A DNA stretch of 64,000 nucleotides, from the NCBI GenBank assembly GCA_013239625.1, contig MU054001.1, positions 6,435,078 through 6,499,077 on the forward strand, read 5' to 3'. The stretch's first letter is position 1. Every line of letters starts with the position of its first letter. Made by a program: the position numbers and the translations under genes. The stretch is from Lama guanicoe. Its lineage: Eukaryota. This document shows, one piece after another, positions 1-12,309 of this stretch. The notes beneath the pieces were generated by a model that was not told the origin of the DNA, made no database searches, and worked only from the letters and a program-made list of their open reading frames with translations.

Positions 1-480
1 CACACTGCATAGAGTGTAAGGCAAGAGAAGGGCAAGGAAAGAGGTGTGGGAATTGGGTGCTCAGGTTAAAGTAAAAGTAGGTACACACTCCAAAGACAGA
101 GTGCAGGCTCCAAAGAGGAGGGAGGGGAAAAGGCTGCTAGGCGTGGTGTTGCCAGTTTTTGTGGGCTTGGTAGCTTCACATGCCTACAAGTGGGACCATT
201 CCAGCTGCCCTGGGGAAGGGGCTGGGATCCCCAGGAATTGGGCCACCAGTCATTCTTTGGCCTTTTGCAGTTAGCCTGGGGGCTGTCATGGCACCTGTGG
301 GCATGTTGTTTATCACCCTGTTACAAAGAGCATATAATGAAGCTCAAGGTCTACTAGAAGTCAAACCTCCCACCAGCTTAATCCTCAAGGCCAACTGGGA
401 GTTGAATCTTCCATCATTTTGGTGTTAAATTGCTGTCATTCCTTGAGTGGCTGTGCCCTGCCCTCTTCCATCCTGTCTCA
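1..480. mobile_element. Partial ERV-type LTR relic (ERV1-like, subfamily uncertain), running off the window start
   Basis: GC-richer block with phrases typical of recalled ERV1 LTRs (ctgtcatggc..., gcatataatga...ggtc). It ends in ...tctCA at 480. Confidence 0.5.
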
Positions 481-716
481 ACTGGACCATCTGAAACTCG
501 TTCTTCTCATTGTGAAGAGGGCTAGAAGGTCCAGAAACAAAAATTAAACGCTTTGACCTCTAAGAGACACACGTAACTTCTGACATTCTGTTGACTATAG
601 CAGATACTGTTATGTATCTACCACGCGTCCCCAAAGTTTGTTTGTTTTTTTAAACTAAATTAAAAGTGAGAATTTAATAGAATAGCTGCTTAGTATTTTT
701 AATATTTTCTTTTCAG

Positions 717-791
717 CTTCAATGGTGACTTAATTCCTGATATATTTGGTATCACAAATGAATCCAACCAGCCACAGATACTGTTAGGAGG
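717..791 (+). CDS. ITFG1: ITFG1 internal coding exon (75 nt, phase 2/2; probably exon 5), encodes (D)FNGDLIPDIFGITNESNQPQILLG(G)
   Basis: Acceptor ttttcttttcAG ends at 716 and donor GTGAGT starts at 792. The translation matches recalled human ITFG1 (DFNGDLIPDIFGITNESNQPQILLGG) and includes an FG-GAP DxxGDxxxD calcium-loop motif. It splices in frame to the next exon. Confidence 0.96.
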
Positions 792-3700
792 GTGAGTAAA
801 AATTATTATAACCGTGTAACTTACTGTACATATTGCTGCTGGAGGGACTGTATATCTATGTGAACTGATTGCTTTAACTACTGGGGAAAAAAAAAACCAG
901 CTCATTGGAAATCCTTATCCATTTTTAAAAAGACTTTTAAAAGGGCATTTGGTTAACACATAAGGTTTCTCAAACAGTTTGTATTTGATCAGCAACTGGT
1001 TTCTGCATAGAGACAGCTTAATCCTTTTGTCCCTCTGGAAATGAGAGAGAACAAACTTTACAAGTTTCCATTTAAATTTAAATGGTAGCTCATTAGATGT
1101 TTTTTTAGAAATGGAAAGATTTCATTTAAGTAGTATTGGTAGCTGCAGTCTTGATTGGATTCTCCACCTTAGTCATGTTAACTGCCAGACATTTATTGAT
1201 AAGCCTTGTTCCTTCTTTCTTTTATTTGTTTAGTGAGCAATTAACAATTGCCTAAAAATGTAAATACTCCTTCTCTAAGCTCTGGAAACTTTTCCATGTG
1301 TACTCTATCCTTGGCCAATATGTGTGCTAGAACTATAATCCAAAAATGCCATTCTTAGGGAAAACTGCCTGGAATCTTACAATTCAAAAATCTCCATCGT
1401 AATTTCTTTATATTTGAATAGAACTGCCCTCCTAACACAAGAACTCATGATAGCAAGATTCCTTTCAAGAGATACCGTCAACTTGGCTAATTTTTTTCTC
1501 TATTTGATACGGTAAACATTTAGTTCAAGAGTACAGAACACATTTATTTACTTTTTACTTTCCAGCAAGTGCAGAGAACCACCTTTATTAATCTGTCTTC
1601 CATGGTGCTATAAATCTAATGAATTTTCCTTCTGTGTTTTGAAGAAGTAGTGTATTTTTATGCTTAGTTTCTGAAATGGGATTCACAGGCAAAGATGAAA
1701 AATTGTCAAACATTAAGCTGTTCTGAGCAGAAACTGTCATATTTCCTATCACTTTCTCTTAAAGTTTTCGATAAAGAACATGAGTGTTTTTATGCTAGTC
1801 ATAGTGACCTTTGAAAGACTTATTATCTTTCATCTTTAATGATAATCTTTAAATGAGAAACCTATTTTTGCCTCAACTTTGAAAAATGTCTGCAAGAGAA
1901 AAACATTTGCTTTGCCTTTGTGAACACGTCTAGAAGGAACTGAGTGTGGGTGGAGTCAGAGGAAAGCACAGGCCACTCCTACCACAACAAGCCCTGCTTG
2001 TTTACATTGGGCTGGGACTGTTCTGGCCCTGTCCTTTCCTTTCTTCTCCTCAAAGGTAGACTAAGAATGTGATTGTGATTAGGATTGGAATGGTTACTTC
2101 TGGCCTGGTTTATTTCATTTTCCTGACCTCCATTTTAGTGAAAGAAATACTTGGAATGTCTTCAGTATGATGTGGTTTGACCTTTAGAAATATAAACTTA
2201 TGAAATAGCTATTGAGCATAATTGGAAAAGTAAAATTTCCAATATCTTTATGAATTTCCTACTTAACCTACAAGAAAACTATTTAGAATGTCATTTGATA
2301 ATGCCATAGTTTATTTGTTCTCAATTCTGTGTTAGTTTTTTTCTCTGATGCTTCTTCAAAACTATAGGTTTTAAAACTTATTCTGCCTAAAGATACATTC
2401 ACTTTCATTTTCTATACATTATACTCCGGTATACTTCAGTTTACTGTAGTAATAACCCTGCTATTTTATGGTATTTCTCATTTAAACCTAAGTTACAAAT
2501 TAAACAATAGTGGCTAACCATATTATAGGTAACAAGTTTATGTCCAAGATTGCCCTGACCAATTTTTAAAATGAAGTTATATCCATTGCCTGAAAAGAAT
2601 TTCTGTCAGGAGCTCTGTTAGGATGACTGTAACCTATCAGTATCATGATTCTGACAACAAAAGGCTGAATATGTCCCTATGAGAGCAAGCATTAATATGT
2701 TACTAAAATGAGAAAAATATATTTAGCCATATCAGTTTTATAATTTACAGACATATTTACGGTGCACAAGTGGAAAAACCATCAGCATTGACACTTTGGA
2801 CTCTTCACATGACCTCTGATTGGCAGCGCAATCTTCTCAATCAAGAAATCTAACCTACTTTTTGCAACTTAAATACTGTGCTTTATAGATATGCCAGACC
2901 CAAGATTATCTTAAATTTGATTAAATTTGGCTAGCACCTTAATTTTATGGGAAATTTCGCAGTGATCTTTAAATAGAGTGCTAAATGCTCCCATGGGATT
3001 TTGCTGGAAAGCCCATGGCTGTCACTGACTCAGCGCAGACATGGAAACAGGAGATTGCCCTCAGGAAAAACTAGCATGATCAGTTTGGCTGGAGTAAGGA
3101 TGCAGATGCTCAGCCTAAGCCTGCAACAGTAATAGGTAGAAGAACCCGTTTTAGTTGATACAGTGTGGGGGTTATCTGACAGGGACAGGACAGATGCTAA
3201 ATCTGCTGAGGTGTGGGAGGTAATTGAAGTGTGTTAAATGTTTAAAGGTGAGGCTTCAGTTTGCGCCTCAACCTCACTTTATAATGACTTGAAATAATGT
3301 AATAATGTGCCACATTGCTTAGAAATAACACCTAGCTGTTAAGTGTTAGAGCAGCTTTGGCGGTGATGTGAGGTTATCGTTAACGAGCATTTTCTATAAA
3401 AGGGTATCTGAAACTGATATTGCATAAGTGTTCAGAATACTGTTTTCAGTCTTGAAGTGAAAACACTTGTTCCTATAATTTTAATCAAAGCCACATGTTA
3501 TGCTGGTTTGTTCAGATTTTGTATGATTCATATACTGAGTTCAAACACAGTTTCTGGGTCAGGCCCAAGTTGTGTACTGGGAATATTAATATAAGTATGT
3601 GGCAGACAAATACCTTTGCCATTCTCTGTTTACTTCACAAGTGATTGCATGGATATTCCGAATGTAATATTAATGGCACTGAAAGCAGCCATTTTAACTG

Positions 3701-4882
3701 TTACTTCTGTGGGTGGATATTTTTCCTCCATTACCAGAAAAAAATGTATCTTCTATTTAAATATAGTTATTTATTCTCAGTCTAGAAGGGATATATCCCT
3801 ATTTTCCCACGTAACCTTCTGTTTTTTCACATTATAACCAATGATTGATTTATTAAATTACCCTTCATTTTTACTGCTGATTTTGTTTATTTGGTGGTGC
3901 ATTACAGAAAATATTGCAAATATTTATCTTAATGAAATAATATACTATTAAATGTGTTGTTTAGAAAAATATGAAAATTATGAGATTTATAACACAAAAG
4001 AAAATCAGATAATCATCAAGTTACCTTATAACTTGATAATCAGCATTAGTGCTCATAATCTTAACAGAAAAAGGTAGCTTTGAGATGATTCACATTTTCT
4101 TAGAATTCCCCTAGCAATCTCCTCCCTTTCTCACCTTATACACCATTTGTATTTTGAATGTTATTTAGAGGAATCTATTATGACTTGAGAAATAAGTTTT
4201 TTTTAACTGGTATTTCCACAGAAATAATGTATCAGATTTCTAACTTTCCTCTGTTCCTAAAGAAACTTGCTATTAGATATAAATTCATTTATTCACCTGT
4301 TGTTTCTCACCTAAACCTTTTTCTTTTCAAAATTAAGCCACAGAAATGGTGAAAAGTGTTAGATGACTTACAGTTATATATACTGTGATTATTTCAAGTG
4401 GCATGTTACTCAAGGATCCATAATTTTATTTCCTGGAATCTCATTGGAAGCTTTTGAGGGGTCAATTAAATGACCCCCAATTCCCTGGTGATTTATCATA
4501 CTGCTTTGTTTTATATTCTGGTTGGCAGTGTTGTAAGTGAATTTTTTATTGCTTCTAAGTGAATTTAAGACGTTATTTGCAAAATTTACTCACTTTGCTT
4601 TTAGTTAAATCTTACCATTTTTAAATATGTATTCTAGTAGTAACCATTCAGAAAGATACCAGCTTCTTTTGAGAAAAGCATAGTTTTATAGTTTCTGTGC
4701 AAATAAATTTGAGAGTAATATTTCACAATGAATACTGATGATATTTAAACATGTTTTAAATTCACCATATTTCTATTAGCATATATCAAAATTTTGTTTC
4801 TTTCTTTGAGGGAAAACCATTTTGTTTTATTTCATTACTATTTGCATGTGTATTGAAAAAGTCCATTTTAAAACAAGCATAG

Positions 4883-4971
4883 CATACCACTGAACTATGC
4901 ACTTAAAAATGGTTCAGATGGTACATTTTATATTACTTATATTTTACCACAATAAAAAAATTCAGAAAAAC
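4883..4971 (+). mobile_element. Short 5'-truncated L1M 3' end
   Basis: The sequence ccactgaactatgcacttaaaaatggtt...ttttaccacaataaaaaaa is a typical L1M terminus. It is flanked by a near-identical TSD, aaacaagcatag / aaacaagcacag. Confidence 0.75.
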
Positions 4972-5004
4972 AAACAAGCACAGTTAGAAAAGATATGTAT
5001 GGAG

Positions 5005-5105
5005 TAAGATTGGTATATATTATCATTTCAATTCAGGGTAAAATGAATCAAAATAAGATTGGTATATATTATCATTTCAATTTAGAGTAAAATGAATCAA
5101 AATAA
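5005..5105. repeat. Direct tandem duplication, 49-bp unit x2
   Basis: taagattggtatatattatcatttcaattYagRgtaaaatgaatcaaaa occurs at 5005 and 5054 with two mismatches. Confidence 0.95.
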
Positions 5106-5789
5106 TTTCTGAAAATACAGGATTAGTCCCCTTTCATTAGATTACTATTGCATTTTTTTAAGTGTGCATGCTGTTGAAAACGCCCTACCAATACTTGATT
5201 TTTAACGGTCTGGAGGTGAGGCTCTGCGCTGCAGTTCCCGAGTCAGTGTGGGGGCCGTGTGTCTCCTCAGTTTGCTGCTCCTCTGCTCCGCCCACCTGCC
5301 CCAGGGCCAGCACTGCTGGGGATGTCGCTCAGGTCACTGTGCATCCCCTCTGGAGGTAGGAATGTTTGGACAAAGTAAGGCTAAGCCTGAAAGAAATCTC
5401 CACATTTTCTCTTATGAGCAGAAGATGTTCTTTCCGAGAGGTCCTTAAGATTCATCTGGTTCATCCCACATCTTTGAATTTGAGTAGAGGCCCAAGAGTG
5501 AGTGACTGTCCCATCAGGTGTTTACCAGGCAGCTTTCCTCTCCAGCAGGGATTCTTTGCCTCTCTTCTCCCTCCTGTATCCTGCTCCTCACCGTGCCCCT
5601 CCACAAGAGATGTGCCCACAGGGTCGCACAGCCTCTCATCCTCTGTGAGGCTCGGGGTTGGACAGGGAAGGATGAGAAGAAAGAGAATCTTAAACGAACC
5701 TATTTGCCTTTTTACATATCCGCTTAGCAACTCTGGGGTTGGCAGTCACTATCAGTTGTGTCATATTTTTCTCACAACAGATAGCTATG

Positions 5790-5935
5790 CAGCTAAAGAG
5801 GCTCTAACCCGAGGAGGTGGCTTACTGAGGCCAATTCAGAGGTGAAGTGAACACATTAAGCTCGCAACATATTAAAAAAATGGTAGAACTGGGATTTGTT
5901 TCTTGATCTTCCAAGTTCTAAAGCCTGTGCTCTTG
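5790..5935 (-). mobile_element. MIR SINE fragment
   Basis: actgaggc...agaggtgaagtga...ggtagaactgggatttg...ttctaaagcctgtgctctt resembles the reverse MIR core. Confidence 0.6.
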
Positions 5936-5984
5936 CCTTCAGCTCCGTGCAGCCATTACCATTGTTGAGGTCACACAGGGCCCT

Positions 5985-6270
5985 TGGCCGTGCTCCCACA
6001 TGGTTAGCTTCCTCATAGCACAGTGGTTGGTTTCCAAGAAGGAGCAGTCCAAGAGGTGTAGACTGAGGCTGCTGCAGGTCTCTTTAAGGCCCAGTCCTGG
6101 CAGTTAAGCGGCATCATTTCTGCTATTGGTCAAAATAGATCAACAAACTAGCTAAGATTCTAGGGAATTTGAGGATTATGGATGCTACCTGTTGATGTGG
6201 GCACAGCTTAACTGAAATATAACAGAGTATGTGGGATGGGAGATAATGTGGCCATCTTTGGAAATACAAC
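5985..6270. mobile_element. MaLR LTR fragment (MLT1-like)
   Basis: agcttcctcatagca...ttccaaga...ctattggtcaaa...gtggccatctttg matches recalled MLT1 phrases. Confidence 0.6.
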
Positions 6271-7031
6271 ATAGTATGCTGTGTTTATTTACTTTACCCT
6301 AAGTAAAGACTTGCAAAAGAATATGCAAACACAGATCATTTAAGCAAATCACCTTCTAGATCCTTAGGTTTCATGGGTACTCCTACCTAAAATCAATGTG
6401 TCTGAGAATGTACCCGTTTTCGCTGTAACTTTCTCCTTCTTCAAATAAGAATGCCATATTCCTTACCTTTCCTAAATCTCACTAATGATACATTTCCCGG
6501 AGAGTAAAAACCCATAGAACACCAAACACCAAACTAATAAAATTTCCAGTTTTTCTTAATACCTGTTTCTCTTCCAATGAAGCTTGGCGACAAAAAGTAT
6601 TTTGGTCCACATTAAGGTGCTCTGAATTCAGGTGTGCTGGATGAGGTTGTGAGAGTAATGACAGTTTTTGTTTCAATGACTTGCCTCCTCCATTCCCTGC
6701 CTATTGTTGAAGAATCTGTAATTATTAAGCGAGGGTCCTGGGAGATCATAGTAAAGAGCATCCGTAAGAAACACCAAATTCAACAAAGCAGACCTTCCAG
6801 CTATTCTTAGTACTCTATCCCTAAGACACATACTTAAATGGAAAGATGCTTTTCACACTGATGCAGTTTTGGATCTTGACAATGATTATTTCAGATGTGA
6901 CTGGAATGTTCTCTAGGACTACCAAACTCAGAGATATAACTTTTACATACTTTCTTTTATATTTGGTATGCATTTTTCTGTAATGTAGCTAAAACCTATT
7001 TTATTAGATCACATCAACAAAATTACATTTA

Positions 7032-7158
7032 GCGGGGAGGGTATAGCTTAAGTAGTAGAGCACATGCTTAGCAAGCATGAGGTCCTGGGTTCAATCCCCA
7101 GTACCTCCTCTAAGAATAAATAAGTAAATAAACCTAATTACTGCCCCCTACAAAAAAG
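7032..7158 (+). mobile_element. tRNA-derived SINE, camelid vic-1-like
   Basis: tRNA-like head ggggagggtatagct...gtagag...gaggtcctGGGTTCAATCCCcagtacctcc with A and B boxes and an A-rich tail. Perfect 13-bp TSD aaaattacattta at 7019-7031 and 7159-7171. Confidence 0.9.
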
Positions 7159-7679
7159 AAAATTACATTTAAAGTCAAGCGCCTTATTTTGTCTTACAAA
7201 ATGTTTACTGTTTTCTTTCTCCTATTAATAGAAGGTAAATTTACTTGCTCTTGAGTCAGATAATTTTTGTAGTATATATCTTTCTTGTTTATTAAAGTCA
7301 TGGGGAAAATTTGTTATGTCTAAAGATATAAGAAAGAAATTGTGTTATTTCTCATTTGTATAATCTACTTTTATTTAATTACTCCAAAAGCCAGATTCCA
7401 GAATTCAATATTCATGTACATTTAGTGCACTATTATATCTTTTATCATACTTACTGTATTATAAGTTATTTTAGCTGTACTTTGCATTGCTTTAAATTCA
7501 CTGAAGATAAACAGCATGTTGCTTTACTATCTTATTTTTATAACCTATTTTATAAAAATAGATAAATCAGTTTTATCAAGATTACATTATTTTAATCTTG
7601 ACTGCTTTTCATAATCTGTCATATGATATATGATCTGTACTTTTCTCAGCAGTTTTTATATTTCTTGAAACATATTAAT

Positions 7680-8840
7680 ACACTTATTTGAATTGAAAAA
7701 ATGAGGTCAGACTCTGACAGAAAATAACTTTCATTTGGAGATTGATTTGACAGTAAGGATTAGCTTTGCTAATTGGATTACATGGCAAATATTTTCTATA
7801 AATTGAGTGAGTCAACTCAGCAGCTCTAAATTTTTTAAAAATTATTATTACTATGGAAAAATTTAAACATTTACAAGGGTAGAGAGAAGAGGACAGTGAA
7901 TTTGCATGTAATACACTGGTCATCTAGCTACAATTATCAACTCTTGGCCAGTCTTATTTCATTCACAACTTTTTCTTCATTTCTCTTTCTCACTCCCTCC
8001 CCAGACAGTTTTAATCTATAGATATTTAAATATATATCTCTAAAACACAAGAATGTTTTAAAAATACATAATTATAATGTATTTATCATACCTAAAAATT
8101 AAGAATAATTTCTTAATTACTATTAGGAAGCAAGATTTATTAACGTTAATATCTATAAAGATAAAGAGAGGGAGTATCTTTATGTGGAATCCTGTCTCAT
8201 CCTAGCAATGTCATTTATTCTAAGGATAAATAAACTGATATATTTTAAAGCTCCATTCATCTCTTTAAACAATGCAATTCCGATAAAATTTTAAAGTTAT
8301 CAAAGTATATAAATGTGTTTTCATCAGTTGTACACTAATAGTTAAAATAAGTCAACCTCAAAGAGAATTTTTTTAAACACCTGGGTACATAAAACTAATT
8401 TAAAGACTACTCAATTTATATACCAATTTATAGGGATATATTTCTTTGGAGACGTGTGATAGAGTGAACAGTAAAAAGACTTCAGATATGAAAACATTTT
8501 ACATCATGATAAAGTTCTGTAAGAGAAGTGAAATAAAAGTACGAGTTCAAAGATAAAGGGAAGAAGAGGTTTTTTATGTAGTTTGTTGTGTGGATGATGG
8601 TGGATAACAATCAGTGTTATATCTATATTCCACTGGATGCATTTTTAAGAGTGATGATTTTATTTTAAAATATCGATCCTAGTAGATTTTAAGATGACAT
8701 ATTTTAAAGCTATTTAAGATGACAAAAACATTAGATTACTTTCTTAGAAATGAACTTAAATGTGTTAAGGGACATACAGTTTGTTTTTTTTTTTAATTCT
8801 TTTTAGAGCTTATCTGAGCAAAATTGTTTCAACACCACTG
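7680..8840. mobile_element. hAT-Charlie DNA transposon relic, interrupted by an old L1M fragment (about 7830-8130)
   Basis: A decayed transposase-like stretch lies near 7760-7825, and a Charlie-like terminus tgagcaaaattgtttcaacaccactg lies near 8815-8840. Confidence 0.5.
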
Positions 8841-9696
8841 GACTAGGCAGCTTGGAGCAGCATCCTAGATTCTTCATCATGCTAAACCCATCTCCTAGTA
8901 ACTACTTTTACCTGATATCTTACATAATAATTCAGTATTGTCTGATCATTGAAAAGTGAGTGGATTAGCAGTCATTTCAAAGAGCAGTTACCATAGGCAA
9001 CTAAAAGCTACAGTTGACATCAATTACATTTAAATTCATCCTTTGATAAATGCTATTCTTTGATATTAAGGGTGATGATTCCCACAAATTAGAACACCTT
9101 GACATAATTATATTTCCTGTGGGGTGAAAAGCCAGTAATTGGAATTTTCTACAGAGATCAAGAAATGTCAACAAATAGACTCAACATGGCTCAGAACTGT
9201 CCACTTTTTCATCTCTGCTCTTTCTTCCTTTGTCATCAGAGAAGTTTGTATCTGTGATCTTGGCCTCCAAATGGAGTTGAGCACATACATGAGAATTTAA
9301 TTGTTTACATAGGTATAGTAGCTTAAAAAATATGATGTCTATTTCTTAGTGTAAAACTACGATGTGTACAAAAAACATCATTAAAGAAAGGAGGAGAAAT
9401 GAATTTTATTTTTAACTATTAAATTTTTTTAAAATTTAGTTTATATTAAACAACTGTGTATTCATCTAGTTTTCAGTCAGTTTTTCCCCTCTCCCCCCCA
9501 CCTTTGGTAAGCATCAGAATGGTAGATAGACACTGGATATAAAATAAACTATAAGGATTAGCTAACTACCTCTTAAGAAATGTTAAAGTAAAATGTCATT
9601 GTATACAGCAACAAGTGTAAAGCTTAAAATACTGTGAAGAACTTGAAGTTTTATTTGAAATGCTCAAGAAAGCAAGATTACAGTTAATATTTTGTT

Positions 9697-9992
9697 AAGA
9701 GTTGGAAACTCAAATGTCTAATGGGGCCCAGAAGGAAAGCAAAGTTACTGAGCACTTTGGGAAGCCTGGCACTTCAGCTGCCTGCAGACACTAGTTCTGT
9801 CTGAAAAGGGCTAGTTGGTTGCCAGACCTTCTTATATTTCAAGAGAAGCTGGAAATAACAGATTTTTATGTGAGATCTGATTTTTAATTTGTTTTACTTG
9901 TGAATTGAAATTTTTTTAAACAATATATGGGTCAAATAAAACATATCTTTATGCTGAATTTGGCCCATAGCCTGCCACTTTATGACTTTTGC
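9697..9992. mobile_element. hAT MITE, MER103-like
   Basis: ttcaagagaagctggaaat...gatttttatgtga and the terminal atttggcccatagcctgccactttatgac resemble the recalled MER103C consensus. Confidence 0.6.
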
Positions 9993-11461
9993 TTTATAAC
10001 CTTTCTAGATTCATCATATGAAATGTACATTCTATTAAATAGTTCCTAGGACAAAATGTCACCCATTAATTGAGGTTTTCTAAAATTCTAGCTATAGCTT
10101 ATTTCAAAACAAACTATAAAAAATTCTATGGGGAATGAGATCAGTCACTGCTCAGGTAGTATTTAAAAAGAAATCAGCTGTGTAAAAGCTTGTGTTCTTT
10201 AATTCGCTTTTGGCCTATAAGAGAACATTAGAAAACTATTCTGAAATGACTGTGAAACTTGTCTTAGAATCTCTATCCCAAGTCTGACTATTTAGTAAGC
10301 AGTTAAAAATACTTTAATGCTTAGAATTTAAAGAACTGATGAATAAATGGCATATCTTAAAAAGAAGTGAATCAGCCATTATTAAATTGTATTTAATTGG
10401 AATTATTTTAAGCATTTCTAACCTTGTGTGCTATGAAACAAAAACATGACTTGAATGCTTGGCATTGAATTATCTGAACAACAAACGCTAAATATAATTG
10501 TAATGTATGTTAATATTTTCTTATTCTCATAACTTTATGTTATGGGGTTTTGGATAAAATAATAAAATCATGTTGTATAAATACCGCTTGGTTTTGTTTT
10601 CACTGTCTTGTTTTATAAATGAGGCCCAGAGTGTGGAAGACGGTTACTGGGAAGAAGTCACTGTTTGTCGAACATGGACCCTTTGTGTAGAGAAAATTTT
10701 CTCCTGTTGGATGCTTATGCTTTTTCCCAGATTCCTCCTGCTAAGAACAGATTAGTCAATTGCTTCTCTCTGCTGTCCAAACACTTCAAAACCAAATTTA
10801 CAGATGAACCTTGTGTGCTAGCTAGTCAACTGGATGCTGTGTTGACAATTAAGTTGGACTTAATCAGCCTTTAATTGCTCTTTGGAGATGACATATCTAT
10901 GCTTCCATGTTGGACTACAACAGTACTGTAGAAAAAAAGAATAGCAAAATCTAATTAGAAGTAGAGAAGAATGGGAGATGCTGCTTGAGACTATGATTCA
11001 GTCCAGTCATGCAGTCCAATCAGTATGTGCTGACCGGACTGAAATTCCATTCAGCCAGTATTTGGGAGTCAGGTCCTGGTTGTGTGTAGTAGAATCAAAT
11101 ATCTATGAGTCAGGGTATCTAGAGGAGCTTACACTCTCAGAGATGCTTCCTCATGGAACTTGAGCAAACCAAAGTGCTATTAATAGCAAAGTGTAATAGG
11201 AAAATAGTAAGAGAATAGGCCTTTTCGAGGAAGCTAATTAGAGTAGGACCTTAATAAATGGGAATGTCTTTGACACTGGAGTGTTCTTCACTTACGAAGA
11301 ATTGTGGGCAAATGACTTTATTTAAACTTGCTCTTCTTTCTATAGTTCTTAGTAGTCTACCAGTGTGACCTTTCTGATTTTGACAAATGTCCTATCGTTA
11401 TATTAGATGTTAACAGTAACAAAGTAAATGAAGGGTATATGAAAACTTTGTACTGTTGGGG

Positions 11462-12210
11462 TTTTTTATGAGATAAAATTAACACTATTAAAATTAACCA
11501 TATTATATGTACAATTTAGTGACATTTAGAACATTTACAATATTATGCAACGATCACCTGCTTCCAGTAGCTTTTCATTTCTCCAAAAGGAAACCCTGTC
11601 CCCATTAGGCAGTTTCTCTTCCTTGCCCTGCTCCTCCCAGCACATGGTTACCACTAATCTGCTTTCGGTCTCTGAGATTTTCCTATTATGGATATTTCAT
11701 ATAAATGAAATCATATAGGATGCGGCCATTTGAGTCTGGCTTCTTTCATATAACATGTTTTGAAGTTTCATCCATATTGTACCATGTATCAGTACTCCAT
11801 TTCTTTTTATGTCTGAATAATATTTCCATTGTATGAATGTATGACATTTTGTTTATCCATTCATCCATTGGTGGATATTTGAGTTATTTCCACTTTTGGA
11901 CTATCATAAATAGTGCCGCTAAGAGCGTTCATATATCAGTATTTGTTCGGATACCTGTTTTTCAATTCTTATGGATGACTTGTTTTTCAGTTCTTATTCG
12001 TGTATATATCTAGCTATAGAAATGCAGGGTCGTATGTAATTCAGTGTTTAACTTTTGGAAGAACTGCCAAACTGTTTTCCACAGCTGTTGCATGTTTTAT
12101 ATTCCCACCAGCAATATATGAGAGTTCCTGTTTCTTTTAGCTCTTTGATCCATCTGAGTTAATTTTTGGTATATGGTATGAGGTAGTGGTCTAAATTCAT
12201 TCTTCTGAGT
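11462..12210 (-). mobile_element. L1MB-type 3' fragment
   Basis: Reverse L1 3'UTR and ORF2-end phrases (tatccattcatcc, aactgccaaactgttttccacag, attcccaccagca). Confidence 0.85.
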
Positions 12211-12309
12211 GGCTCAGAACGTTGAAATTAATATTTATAAAAGGTAATCATTATTCTCCACAATCTGGGGAATAATACCCATGATAATATTAAACTTTTA
12301 ACTTAAATA

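Noticed and set aside
4015..4037. Hairpin atcaagtta-cctta-taacttgat
   Set aside because: It is a short AT-rich stem, too small for a miRNA precursor and expected by chance.
6290..6560. Possible DNA-transposon fragment
   Set aside because: It looks repeat-like, but I could not assign a family or find terminal repeats.
7032..7110. Functional tRNA gene
   Set aside because: The tRNA-like head is followed by a SINE tail and flanked by TSDs, there are multiple diverged copies, and there is no clean cloverleaf. It is a SINE.
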